Origin: Bacteroidales bacterium
Lineage (GTDB): Bacteria > Bacteroidota > Bacteroidia > Bacteroidales > 4484-276
Assembly (NCBI GenBank): GCA_021740425.1
Contig: JAIOZV010000001.1
Location: forward strand, 1-44,253
Reading direction: 5' to 3'
DNA: 44,253 bases
The translations under genes and the position numbers were made by a program. Each line of letters starts with the position of its first letter. Position 1 is the first letter of the stretch. The notes under the pieces are model-generated. The model was not told the DNA's origin. It made no database searches and saw only the letters and a program-made list of their open reading frames with translations. Positions 25,162 through 34,230 of the stretch are shown piece by piece.

Positions 25162-25335
25162 TTGAGAGGAAGTCAAAGGTTTGAATGTTCAGGGGTAAAA
25201 AATTAAAAGTTTCTCCGCAGGAATCATTAGGATTGTCATTACTTCACCAGCTCGCATCGATAGCCAATTTCTCTCAAGTCGCTCAAGACAATTGATCAAC
25301 TTATGTCCCTTCTTTTTTCTCCAGAACATAAAGCA

Positions 25336-25896
25336 TTAAACATTCACTATGTCGCCTGTGGTATCTTTCACCCTGTTCTTAAAATCTTCCCAGGAAGGAT
25401 CGTCCAGATTGATGCTTTCGAGATTTAAAATTATAAAGGGAACAACGCTTTCCACAGGTTCGTAGAGCAATGATCCCTGTTTAACGTCGGGTTTCAAAAT
25501 GGATGCCTTGCTGTCAATCATCTCAAAAAGCATAATGAGGGCACTCATTACCACAACACCTTTAAGGATGCCGAAGAGCATACCTATAAACCTGTTCAAA
25601 AAACCAAGGGCTGCAAGCGCAGCAATTTTGCTCAGCAAATTCCCGATGAGCGATACCACCAGCACAACCACTACAAAAGTGAGAATAAAGGCTACAATAA
25701 AAAGCCACCGATGGCCGATGTCGAAATATTTGAGCAGCCAGTCAGCCACGAGGTCGGAAAAATAGATGGCAAAATAAAGCCCCAGCACCAATGCAGCCAG
25801 GGAGGCCAATTCTTTGATAAACCCGTTGCGAAAGCCTGAAATAGCCATCAGCAAGACAGGCACGCCAATAATCAGATCGAGAAAGTTTAAGTCCAT
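25336..25896 (-). CDS. cvpA: CvpA-family membrane protein
   Basis: The N-terminus MDLNFLDLIIGVPVLLMAISGFRNGFIKEL and four TM helices are typical of CvpA. It overlaps the upstream ATPase gene by 10 nt. Confidence 0.75.
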   Translation of the reverse strand: MDLNFLDLIIGVPVLLMAISGFRNGFIKELASLAALVLGLYFAIYFSDLVADWLLKYFDIGHRWLFIVAFILTFVVVVLVVSLIGNLLSKIAALAALGFLNRFIGMLFGILKGVVVMSALIMLFEMIDSKASILKPDVKQGSLLYEPVESVVPFIILNLESINLDDPSWEDFKNRVKDTTGDIVNV

Positions 25897-26636
25897 TTCA
25901 ATTTTCGTGTTAATTCGGATGAGAAAACAAATTCATCAATTTCTTTATTTCCGGTTTTCATAATTTCTTCTTTACTTCCTTCCCACCAAAGCTGACCCTT
26001 ATAGATAAAAGATATGCTGTCGCCGATTTCCATCACCGAATTCATGTCGTGGGTATTTACCACCGTTGTAATTTTGTATTCTTTGGTGATTTCACTGATA
26101 AGGTTGTCGATCACGTTGGAAGTTTGTGGATCGAGGCCCGAGTTGGGTTCATCACAAAAGAGGTATTTCGGGTTGAGTGCAATGGCACGGGCAATGGCCA
26201 CACGCTTTATCATTCCACCGCTCAGCTCCGAGGGCATAAGTTTGTTAGCCTTCGGAAGATTCACCCGATCGAGGCAAAAGTTAACCCGTTTGAGCCTTTC
26301 GGCTAAGGTATCTTCCGAAAACATATTTAATGGAAACATAACGTTTTGCTCCACATTCATGTAATCGAAAAGGGCTCCCCCCTGAAAAAGCATGCCTATC
26401 TCTTTTCTGATGCTTTTTTTCTTTCGGAATGACATGTCGGAGAAAACCCTGTCGTTGTAAAGAATTTCACCGCTGTCGATTTCATGAAGTCCCACAAGGC
26501 ATTTTATCAAAACCGTTTTACCTGATCCGCTTTGCCCGATCACGAGGTTTGTTTGGCCGGGATGAAATTTCACGCAAACATCTTTCAATACGTGATTTTC
26601 GCCAAAACTCTTATTGATATTTCTTGCTTCGATCAT
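25887..26636 (-). CDS. ABC transporter ATP-binding protein, MlaF-like
   Basis: Walker A GQSGSGKTV, signature LSGGMIKRVAIARA, Walker B LFCDEPNSGLD. ATGA overlap with the MlaE-like permease gene. Confidence 0.85.
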   Translation of the reverse strand: MIEARNINKSFGENHVLKDVCVKFHPGQTNLVIGQSGSGKTVLIKCLVGLHEIDSGEILYNDRVFSDMSFRKKKSIRKEIGMLFQGGALFDYMNVEQNVMFPLNMFSEDTLAERLKRVNFCLDRVNLPKANKLMPSELSGGMIKRVAIARAIALNPKYLFCDEPNSGLDPQTSNVIDNLISEITKEYKITTVVNTHDMNSVMEIGDSISFIYKGQLWWEGSKEEIMKTGNKEIDEFVFSSELTRKLKWT

Positions 26637-27373
26637 GCCAAAAGTAATTGGGTTAAAATTAAATTAGACGTGATAATTAAAATACTGCTGTAAACAACAG
26701 CCCGGGTGCTTGCCGAACCAACCTCAAGCGCCCCCCCGCGGGTATAATATCCCTGAAATCCCGACACGGAAGCAATGATAAAAGCAAACACGGCAGTTTT
26801 TATCAGCGCATAACTTACGGTGTAGGGCACAAACCAGCTTTGCAGTCCTACAATGTAATCGTTTGAAGTAACTATTCCCGTTGAAACACAGGCAAGCCAG
26901 CCACCAAAAAGTGCAAACGCAATACTAAAAACAATCAAAACAGGATTGATGATGACTGAAGCAAAAACCTTGGGTTGAATTAAAAAATTGGCAGGATTAA
27001 TTCCCATTATTTCAAGGGCATCAATTTGCTCGGTTACCCGCATGGTGCCAATTTCTGATGCAATTCTGGATCCTACTTTTCCGGCAAGCACAAGGCTCAG
27101 CATGGTAGGCGAAAATTCCAGGATAATACTTTGACGGGCTGTAAACCCTACCATGGTCATCGGGATGAGCGGCGAATCAATATTATAGGCAGTTTGTATG
27201 GCCACAACGGCACCCACAAAAACAGAAATGATCACCACAATGCCCAGTGAATCAATACCCAGACTTTGTATTTCGATGATTATCTGACGAAAAAAAGTTT
27301 TTACCTTGTCAGGCTTCACAAAAACCTCCTTCATCAAAAGCAAATATCTCCCAAGATCGCTAATCAGTTTCAT
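26633..27373 (-). CDS. MlaE-family ABC transporter permease
   Basis: 246-aa five-TM permease with MRVTEQIDALEIMGINP, the characteristic MlaE/YrbE motif. Confidence 0.85.
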   Translation of the reverse strand: MKLISDLGRYLLLMKEVFVKPDKVKTFFRQIIIEIQSLGIDSLGIVVIISVFVGAVVAIQTAYNIDSPLIPMTMVGFTARQSIILEFSPTMLSLVLAGKVGSRIASEIGTMRVTEQIDALEIMGINPANFLIQPKVFASVIINPVLIVFSIAFALFGGWLACVSTGIVTSNDYIVGLQSWFVPYTVSYALIKTAVFAFIIASVSGFQGYYTRGGALEVGSASTRAVVYSSILIITSNLILTQLLLA

Positions 27374-27762
27374 GGTTCTAAAATTATTTTGGTAAAAATA
27401 TAGATAATTTAAAACCTAACGCTAATGATCAAAAAGTTGTATGCAAATAACATTTGTATTCAACGACAATAGCTTAATTTTGATCAACATATTACTAAGG
27501 GCACAGCACCAGAAAAAGGGATTTTTGGCATCATTGCCGTCAACGCGTTCATGAACATCTGAAAAAATGAGGCGACCAAACCGGAGTTTTGGAATTGAGC
27601 AAATACTCCAAATTTTAGCAATATCTTTACAAAAAGATTTATATTGCATCCCGGTTTCGGAAATGCAGTAATTTTATTGGATTATTCTTTCTTTTTTTTT
27701 ACAGGTACCATCACCTGAAATTAAAACCAAAAACGGATTTTGAATTTAAATTTTGAGCTGAG

Positions 27763-28080
27763 ATGAAAAATACTGAATTGAATTTTATTGAAGACAAACA
27801 AGACCCGAAAGCTGTTTCGGTGGTCTTTAGAGGAAATCTTTCTGTTGAAAACGCAAACGAATTCAGAGATCACCTGCTTGGAAAAATTGATTCGTTCGAA
27901 ATTTTCAATTTTGAAATCAACCATGTCGAAACAATCGACCTGTCATTTTATCAGCTTTTGCTGGCAACAAAAAAGTCCATCGAAGCAAAGAACAAGCAAT
28001 TCAATTTGATGATGATGCTTGCGCAGGAAAAGCTGGATCTATTGACACAGGCCGGTTTCGATACTGATTTACAACAATAA
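27763..28080 (+). CDS. STAS-domain protein (anti-sigma-factor-antagonist-like), first gene of the che cluster
   Basis: 105 aa. It has the pattern of a beta-strand start, NANEFRDHLL helix, HVETIDLSFYQLLLA (the SpoIIAA-like DxS..L motif with a candidate phospho-Ser) and a C-terminal helix. Confidence 0.7.
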   Translation: MKNTELNFIEDKQDPKAVSVVFRGNLSVENANEFRDHLLGKIDSFEIFNFEINHVETIDLSFYQLLLATKKSIEAKNKQFNLMMMLAQEKLDLLTQAGFDTDLQQ

Positions 28081-28093
28081 AACAATATAACCT

Positions 28094-28465
28094 ATGGATA
28101 AAACAAAAACAATTCTTGTTGTGGACGATTCGGAACCCATCAGGCAAGCTGTTTCGTATATGCTGCGTAGCAAAGGCATAAATGTGCTGCAGGGCGAAGA
28201 CGGAAATGATGCCCTCAGGCATTTCAACGGCACACCCATTCACCTTTTGATTACAGACTTACACATGCCAAATATGGACGGTATCGGCCTGATTAAAGAA
28301 GTGCGCAAAATGGAAGATTACAGCAGGATACCCATACTGGTATTGACCACCGAATCGCAGGTGTCGATGAAAATGGAGGCCAGGCAGGCCGGGGCAACGG
28401 GCTGGATTGTGAAGCCTTTTGAATCAGAAAAATTAATAGCCATCATCAGGAAGGTATTAAGGTAA
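28094..28465 (+). CDS. cheY: CheY-like single-domain response regulator
   Basis: ILVVDDSEPIR, ITDLHMPNMDG, LVLTTES and IVKPF carry all conserved REC residues. Confidence 0.9.
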   Translation: MDKTKTILVVDDSEPIRQAVSYMLRSKGINVLQGEDGNDALRHFNGTPIHLLITDLHMPNMDGIGLIKEVRKMEDYSRIPILVLTTESQVSMKMEARQAGATGWIVKPFESEKLIAIIRKVLR

Positions 28466-28496
28466 GATATTGAACAAACAGCAAAATACAGCCACT

Positions 28497-30704
28497 ATGA
28501 ACGAATCAGATGCGCAGTTTGCTTTAGAAATGCAGGAACTCAGAGAGAAGTTTGCAATTGAGGCAATCGAAAAAATTGCAGACCTCGAAACGGCCATACT
28601 TGTCCTCGAAAACAACCCAAATGATAAAGAAAAAATAAACTCACTTTTTGGTGCCATGCATAGCCTGAAAGGAAGCGGCGGAATGTTTGGCTACAATAAA
28701 ATCAGCGAATTTACCCACGACCTCGAAACCATTTACGATTACGTTAGAAAAGACAGAATTAAAATAAATACTGAGCTGCTCGATATTTCGCTTGAGGCCA
28801 TCGACCACCTGAAATTTTTACTCAGAATGGGCGACACCCTCGACACACAATCAGAAACAAAGCATCAGTCGAAAACTGCCAAGGTAAAGGAATGGGCTGG
28901 CAAAAAACTTGCAGATGCCCAAATTGAACATCCAATAGCCGAACCTGTTCACAAGTCAGAAGAACCCAATACGAACCAACTTTCAACCTCCACCTACTTC
29001 ATCTCATTTAAACCCCACGAAAACATTTTCGACAACGGGACCAAAGCCCTGTATCTCATCGATGAATTGTTTGCTCTCGGCGAAGCTTTTGCCATTCCTC
29101 ATTTCGAAAACATCCCTGCACTCGAAAAAATCAACCCCCAGCTTTGCTACACATGGTGGGAAATATTTCTTGCCACCGATGAAAGTCAGGGAACAATTGC
29201 CGATGTTTTTATTTTTGTTGAAGATGAATCAAAAATATACATCCATAAAATAGCTGACGACAATCTTTTGGAGTACGATGCATTTGCCCACTACCTCAAA
29301 CAATTGCGTGAAGCCAATGAATTGGCCGACCTCAAAGATTTAAAGAAAATTATTGATGCACTGCCTGTGAAGGAAATTCCTGCTATCCCTGAAATTGCTG
29401 CCACAGTGAAAATTGAACATGATTTAACAGAGGATGAAATCATAATTACTCCAACAACCGAACCCACGGTTTCGGGAAACATACAGGCCGAAGCCGGTAA
29501 AATGAAATTGCCTGCCACTGCAGCCGAAACAACAATTGCAAGCATCAGGGTTTCGTCCGAAAAAATTGACATACTGATGAATCTGGTGAGCGAAATGGTT
29601 ACCATTCAGGCCCGGTTGTGGATGTACGCAGAAAAGAAAAACGATCTGGAGTTGATTGCCATTTCAGAAAATGTTCAAAAACTCTCCAAACAACTTCGCG
29701 ACAATGCCTTCAGCATTTCCCTGATTCCGATCAGCAGCATTCTCACAAGATTTCAACGCCTGGTGCGCGATCTGTCGGCAACGCTTGGTAAAAAAGTAAA
29801 ATTTGTGATCGAAGGGCAGGGAACCGAACTCGACAAAACCATCATCGAGCGCATCACCGACCCCCTGCTCCACATCATACGCAACAGCCTCGATCATGGC
29901 ATTGAATCGCCGGAACTTCGAAAACAAATTGGCAAACCCGAAGAGGGAACCATTCTTTTCCGTGCTTATTACTCAGGCAGCAACATCCACATCGAAGTAA
30001 AAGATGATGGCGCAGGGATTGATAAAAACAGAATATTGAAAAAAGCCATCCAAAACAAACTCATCAACGAAGATGATAAATTGTCGGAAGCTCAGATTTT
30101 GAATCTGATTTTTGCTCCCGGTTTTTCAACAGCGGTGCAGGTTTCTGATGTTTCGGGAAGGGGTGTGGGAATGGACGTGGTAAACAAAAAAATATCAGAA
30201 ATCAGGGGCGAAGTGGTGATCAGGTCAGAGCTTGGTAAAGGCACGTCCATCACCATCATCCTCCCGTTAACGCTTTCAATTATCGATGGGATGCAGGTAA
30301 TGATCGGGAAAACCTGCTACATTATTCCCACATCGGCCGTACATAAAATTTATTCGATCAAACATATTCAGATTCAGAAAGCTTTCGACAATGTAATCGT
30401 TATCGATGGAAGGCAAATCCCCTATATTTATTTGCGCGAGCAATTCAACGATCACCAGGCCATCCCTGAAAAACAGGAAGTGCTGGTGGTAAAATACGAA
30501 AACCGTGAGGTAGGGCTGATCATCGACAAAGTAATCGGCGAATTTCAAACTGTGCTCAAACCCCTCGGACAGCATTACAAAAATCAGGAGTTTGTTTCGG
30601 GAGGAACCATTCTTGGCGATGGGTCGGTGGCATTGGTTCTCGATACCAACAAAATAATTTCCAGATTCTCAAAAGAAAACAAAAGCAAGGAGGAAAATAT
30701 ATGA
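28497..30704 (+). CDS. cheA: Chemotaxis histidine kinase CheA (Hpt-linker-dimerisation-HATPase-CheW-like)
   Basis: Hpt AMHSLKGSGGMFG, dimerisation IRVSSEKIDILMNLVSEMV, HATPase HIIRNSLDHGIE..DDGAGID..GRGVGMDVV, and a C-terminal CheW-like domain. An alternative TTG start lies at 28470. Confidence 0.92.
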   Translation: MNESDAQFALEMQELREKFAIEAIEKIADLETAILVLENNPNDKEKINSLFGAMHSLKGSGGMFGYNKISEFTHDLETIYDYVRKDRIKINTELLDISLEAIDHLKFLLRMGDTLDTQSETKHQSKTAKVKEWAGKKLADAQIEHPIAEPVHKSEEPNTNQLSTSTYFISFKPHENIFDNGTKALYLIDELFALGEAFAIPHFENIPALEKINPQLCYTWWEIFLATDESQGTIADVFIFVEDESKIYIHKIADDNLLEYDAFAHYLKQLREANELADLKDLKKIIDALPVKEIPAIPEIAATVKIEHDLTEDEIIITPTTEPTVSGNIQAEAGKMKLPATAAETTIASIRVSSEKIDILMNLVSEMVTIQARLWMYAEKKNDLELIAISENVQKLSKQLRDNAFSISLIPISSILTRFQRLVRDLSATLGKKVKFVIEGQGTELDKTIIERITDPLLHIIRNSLDHGIESPELRKQIGKPEEGTILFRAYYSGSNIHIEVKDDGAGIDKNRILKKAIQNKLINEDDKLSEAQILNLIFAPGFSTAVQVSDVSGRGVGMDVVNKKISEIRGEVVIRSELGKGTSITIILPLTLSIIDGMQVMIGKTCYIIPTSAVHKIYSIKHIQIQKAFDNVIVIDGRQIPYIYLREQFNDHQAIPEKQEVLVVKYENREVGLIIDKVIGEFQTVLKPLGQHYKNQEFVSGGTILGDGSVALVLDTNKIISRFSKENKSKEENI

Positions 30705-31231
30705 ACGAAAACGATGAAAATCAAATCAACCATTACCTGACTTTTAAATTGGGCGATGAAACGTTTGCATCTCATGTAAATAATATCCTGAAAATACTTG
30801 AAATGCAAAAAATCACGGAAGTGCCCAAATCTCCCGAATTTATGAAAGGAGTGATCAACCTGCGGGGTAATGTACTTCCAATTATTGATGCACGGCTGAA
30901 ATTCGGCATCAAACCCATGCCATATACCGACAAAACCTGCATTCTGGTGCTTTCGATAATCATCGAAAAAGAAAGCGTTGAAGTAGGAGCTATTGTGGAT
31001 GCCGTGATGGATGTTATCGAATTTCAAAGAGACAACATCAAACCTTCGCCCAGCCTGGGAAGTAAATACAAATCCGATTTTATTGACGGGGTGATGAAAA
31101 TAGATGATAAATTCATCATGGTGCTCAATATGGATTCTGTTTTTTCGACAAATGAAATCATCGATTTGAAAGACACCGCTAACATCCCTGAAAACAAAAA
31201 TGGCTTACAAAACAACGACATTGAAAATTAA
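30701..31231 (+). CDS. cheW: Chemotaxis coupling protein CheW
   Basis: 176 aa. [30 protein letters not shown] is typical of CheW. It has a 4-nt overlap with cheA. Confidence 0.9.
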   Translation: MNENDENQINHYLTFKLGDETFASHVNNILKILEMQKITEVPKSPEFMKGVINLRGNVLPIIDARLKFGIKPMPYTDKTCILVLSIIIEKESVEVGAIVDAVMDVIEFQRDNIKPSPSLGSKYKSDFIDGVMKIDDKFIMVLNMDSVFSTNEIIDLKDTANIPENKNGLQNNDIEN

Positions 31232-31251
31232 TGCTATCGGAGGGAAAAACA

Positions 31252-33279
31252 ATGAATTGGAAAAATCTTAAAATAAAGACAAAGCTTGGAATTGGATTTG
31301 GCATCATCATTTTGATTTTGGTAATGATAGGCACACTATCCATTTTGGAATTAAAAAATATAGAGTCGAACATCCATACCATTGCAGATCATAACCTTCC
31401 TGAATTACAAATTTCAAATCACCTCGAAAGTAATGCCCTGCAAATAATAAATCATCTGGATGTATTTTCGTTGAACTTTGAGAAACAGGAAATGAGCGAT
31501 GCCCTGACATATCTTAAAGACCTGGAAAACTATTTGGAAAATGTTACAGAAAGTAACCTGACTTTGGGCGATGCAATGAGAGGTAACATTGCTAACGCAA
31601 AAAAAACTTTGCGCGAACATAAGACCTTAATGGACGACATCAGCAACCTCACCAAACTTATGATCAACAACAGAGGAATAATGGATGAGGCTGCAGGAAG
31701 TTTTATGGACAACTGTTACGATTACCTGAAAGGTCAGGAATCCTCTCTGGCCTACGAGATAGATGCCCGCACGGCCAAAAGAAACACACTTGAAAAAGTT
31801 ACGCTCATCAACAATGTGATTGATATTGGCAATATCATCCGAATTGAAAACTTTAAAGCACAGGCACTGCTCAACTACTCCGGCGACATAGATATTAACA
31901 GGCAATTTTCGGCAATTGATCAGTACCTCACAAACCTTGAATCCATCGACAATAGCGGAGAAGATATTTTATACCTGAGCAACATCAGGAGATCTGCCGA
32001 AATCTATAATCAGGCGGTTGAAGAATTTGGAAATAACAGTGCAGTACTGAAAATGAATAATCAGCAAATAAATGAAAGTACCGGGCGAATGATTGCCTCA
32101 TTTCACAGCCTTGCCGAACAAAGCAATAAAAATGCTGCCGCATTTGCCTTACAATCCATACAAGACATGCAGTATTCGCGCAGTATTCTTATCATCGGAC
32201 TTTTAATTTCCATTCTTGGAAGCATCATGCTGGGCTGGCAAATTTCCAAATCAATTACCAGACCCATTAAAAAAGGTGTTGCTTTCGCAAAAGAAATAGC
32301 CGAAGGAAACCTTGAAACAAGTATCGAAATTGATCAGAATGATGAAATTGGCGAACTGGCCGCTATGCTTACCCTGATGAAAAACAAACTTCACAAAACC
32401 ATTTCATCCATTCAAGCGGCTGCCCAACACATTGCAGAAGCAAGTTCACAGATGAGTCAAACCTCTCAAAGTATTTCGCAAGGCAGCACAGAACAGGCAT
32501 CGGCTGCTGAAGAAATATCTGCTTCCATCGAGGAAATGTCGGCGGCAATAGCCCAAAATACTTCCAATGCACAGCGTACCGAAGAAATTGCCCGTCAGGC
32601 CTCTTCTCAAATGAATACAGGAAGCAAAAATGTGATTGATGTAACTTCGGCCATTAAAGAGATAGCTGAAAAAATTACCATCATTGGCGACATCGCCTAC
32701 CAAACCAATATTCTCTCGCTGAATGCCGCGGTGGAGGCCGCCCGCGCCGGAGAGTACGGAAAAGGATTTGCTGTTGTGGCCGATGAAGTAAAAAAACTTG
32801 CCGAAAGAAGTCAGGACGCTGCCACCGAAATTGATAAAGTATCTGGTAACGGTGTAAGTTTAGCCGAAGAATCCAGACATCTTTTCAATGCCATTGTACC
32901 ACAAATCGAGCTAACACTCAAGCTTGTGCAGGAAATCACCGCCTCGAGCCTTGAACAAAACTCAGGAGCTGAACAGGTAAACGACTCCATACAACAGTTC
33001 AATAATGTGATTCAGCAAAACGCTGCTGCCGCCGAAGAAATGGCTACCAATGCCGAAGAACTGGCCAACCAGGCCGAATATCTCACCGAAATGACCAGCT
33101 ATTTTCAAACCGGTGAAAAATCAGGGATAACACGTGCTAAAAAATACGAGCAGAAAAAATACAAAAAAGCCGAATTGCCAGCAGCAAATAAATCGCTTCA
33201 AATAAAAAGCAACATGCGCAAAGGTGTTAACCTGAGGCTCGGAGGCGATATACTCGATCAGGAATTCGAAAAATTTTAA
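31252..33279 (+). CDS. Methyl-accepting chemotaxis protein (TM-helical periplasmic sensor-TM-HAMP-signalling domain)
   Basis: TM1 [16 protein letters not shown], a ~290-aa helical ectodomain, TM2 [22 protein letters not shown], and the hairpin tip [40 protein letters not shown]. An alternative ATG at 31231 overlaps the cheW stop. Confidence 0.9.
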   Translation: MNWKNLKIKTKLGIGFGIIILILVMIGTLSILELKNIESNIHTIADHNLPELQISNHLESNALQIINHLDVFSLNFEKQEMSDALTYLKDLENYLENVTESNLTLGDAMRGNIANAKKTLREHKTLMDDISNLTKLMINNRGIMDEAAGSFMDNCYDYLKGQESSLAYEIDARTAKRNTLEKVTLINNVIDIGNIIRIENFKAQALLNYSGDIDINRQFSAIDQYLTNLESIDNSGEDILYLSNIRRSAEIYNQAVEEFGNNSAVLKMNNQQINESTGRMIASFHSLAEQSNKNAAAFALQSIQDMQYSRSILIIGLLISILGSIMLGWQISKSITRPIKKGVAFAKEIAEGNLETSIEIDQNDEIGELAAMLTLMKNKLHKTISSIQAAAQHIAEASSQMSQTSQSISQGSTEQASAAEEISASIEEMSAAIAQNTSNAQRTEEIARQASSQMNTGSKNVIDVTSAIKEIAEKITIIGDIAYQTNILSLNAAVEAARAGEYGKGFAVVADEVKKLAERSQDAATEIDKVSGNGVSLAEESRHLFNAIVPQIELTLKLVQEITASSLEQNSGAEQVNDSIQQFNNVIQQNAAAAEEMATNAEELANQAEYLTEMTSYFQTGEKSGITRAKKYEQKKYKKAELPAANKSLQIKSNMRKGVNLRLGGDILDQEFEKF

Positions 33280-33357
33280 AATAAAGCTTCCGCTTCGTTC
33301 TGTAATATTGGCGGAAGGATCAATCAAAACAAAGGTCACAAATATTAACTGATAAAA

Positions 33358-34218
33358 GTGCCGGTAAATACGCTTCATAAAATTTATAGTGCTGAATTGT
33401 CGGAAAAAGACTTTGCCCGACTCAGCGAATTTATTTTTCGGGAATACGGTATTAAACTACCTCAGCACAAAAAGTTGATGCTCCAGGGAAGACTGCGGAC
33501 ACGTTTAAAAGAAAGACAACTCACTTCCTTCGACAAGTATATCGACTTTTTGTTCAGCAACGAAGGGCAGCAGATCGAACTCATTCACATGATCGATGTT
33601 GTAACTACAAACAAAACTGATTTCTTCCGCGAACCCGATCATTTCGATTTTCTTTTCACCAAAGTTCTCGAGGAGTTTAAAAGAAAATCCTTTGCGGGAA
33701 AACCTTTCAGCATTTGGAGTGCAGGATGTTCAAGCGGCGAAGAACCTTACACCATGGCCATAATTTTAAACGAATTTAAAGCGCTGAATCCGGGATTTAA
33801 TTTCAACATTCTGGCAACCGACCTTTCGTCGAGAGCACTGGAACATGCACAAACTGCCGTTTATCCCGAAAACAAGGTTGATGTAATACCGCTAAGCCTC
33901 AAGAAAAATTATTTACTCAAAAGCAAAGATCAGACTAAGAAGGAAGTAAGGATTGTAGCATCATTAAGAAACAATGTAACCTTCGAAAGGCAAAACCTGA
34001 TGCAACTTGATAAATATGACAAATTTGGCTTCGACTCAATTTTTTGCAGAAACACACTGATATATTTCGACAGGCCAACTCAAATAAAAGTTGTTACAGG
34101 ATTGGTAAATAAGCTCAATAACAGTGGCTATTTATTCATAGGGCATTCCGAATCGCTGCTCAACGAAAACACTTTACCCATCGAAAGAATTGCCCCTACA
34201 ATTTACAGGAAAAAATAA
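33358..34218 (+). CDS. cheR: Chemotaxis protein methyltransferase CheR
   Basis: TTNKTDFFREPDHF and SAGCSSGEEPYTMAI (SAM site). GTG start. Confidence 0.9.
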   Translation: MPVNTLHKIYSAELSEKDFARLSEFIFREYGIKLPQHKKLMLQGRLRTRLKERQLTSFDKYIDFLFSNEGQQIELIHMIDVVTTNKTDFFREPDHFDFLFTKVLEEFKRKSFAGKPFSIWSAGCSSGEEPYTMAIILNEFKALNPGFNFNILATDLSSRALEHAQTAVYPENKVDVIPLSLKKNYLLKSKDQTKKEVRIVASLRNNVTFERQNLMQLDKYDKFGFDSIFCRNTLIYFDRPTQIKVVTGLVNKLNNSGYLFIGHSESLLNENTLPIERIAPTIYRKK

Positions 34219-34230
34219 TTTGAAACAATT

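Noticed and set aside
27422-27649. 75-aa minus-strand ORF in the 389-bp gap between mlaE and the che operon, plus a small hairpin TGCAT..CCGGTTTCGG..ATGCA at about 27638-27666
   Set aside because: The ORF is Cys- and Phe-rich with no motifs and lies in a divergent promoter region. The hairpin is short, has no U-tract, and I could not tie it to any known leader element. No exact TAnnTTTG box was found here either.
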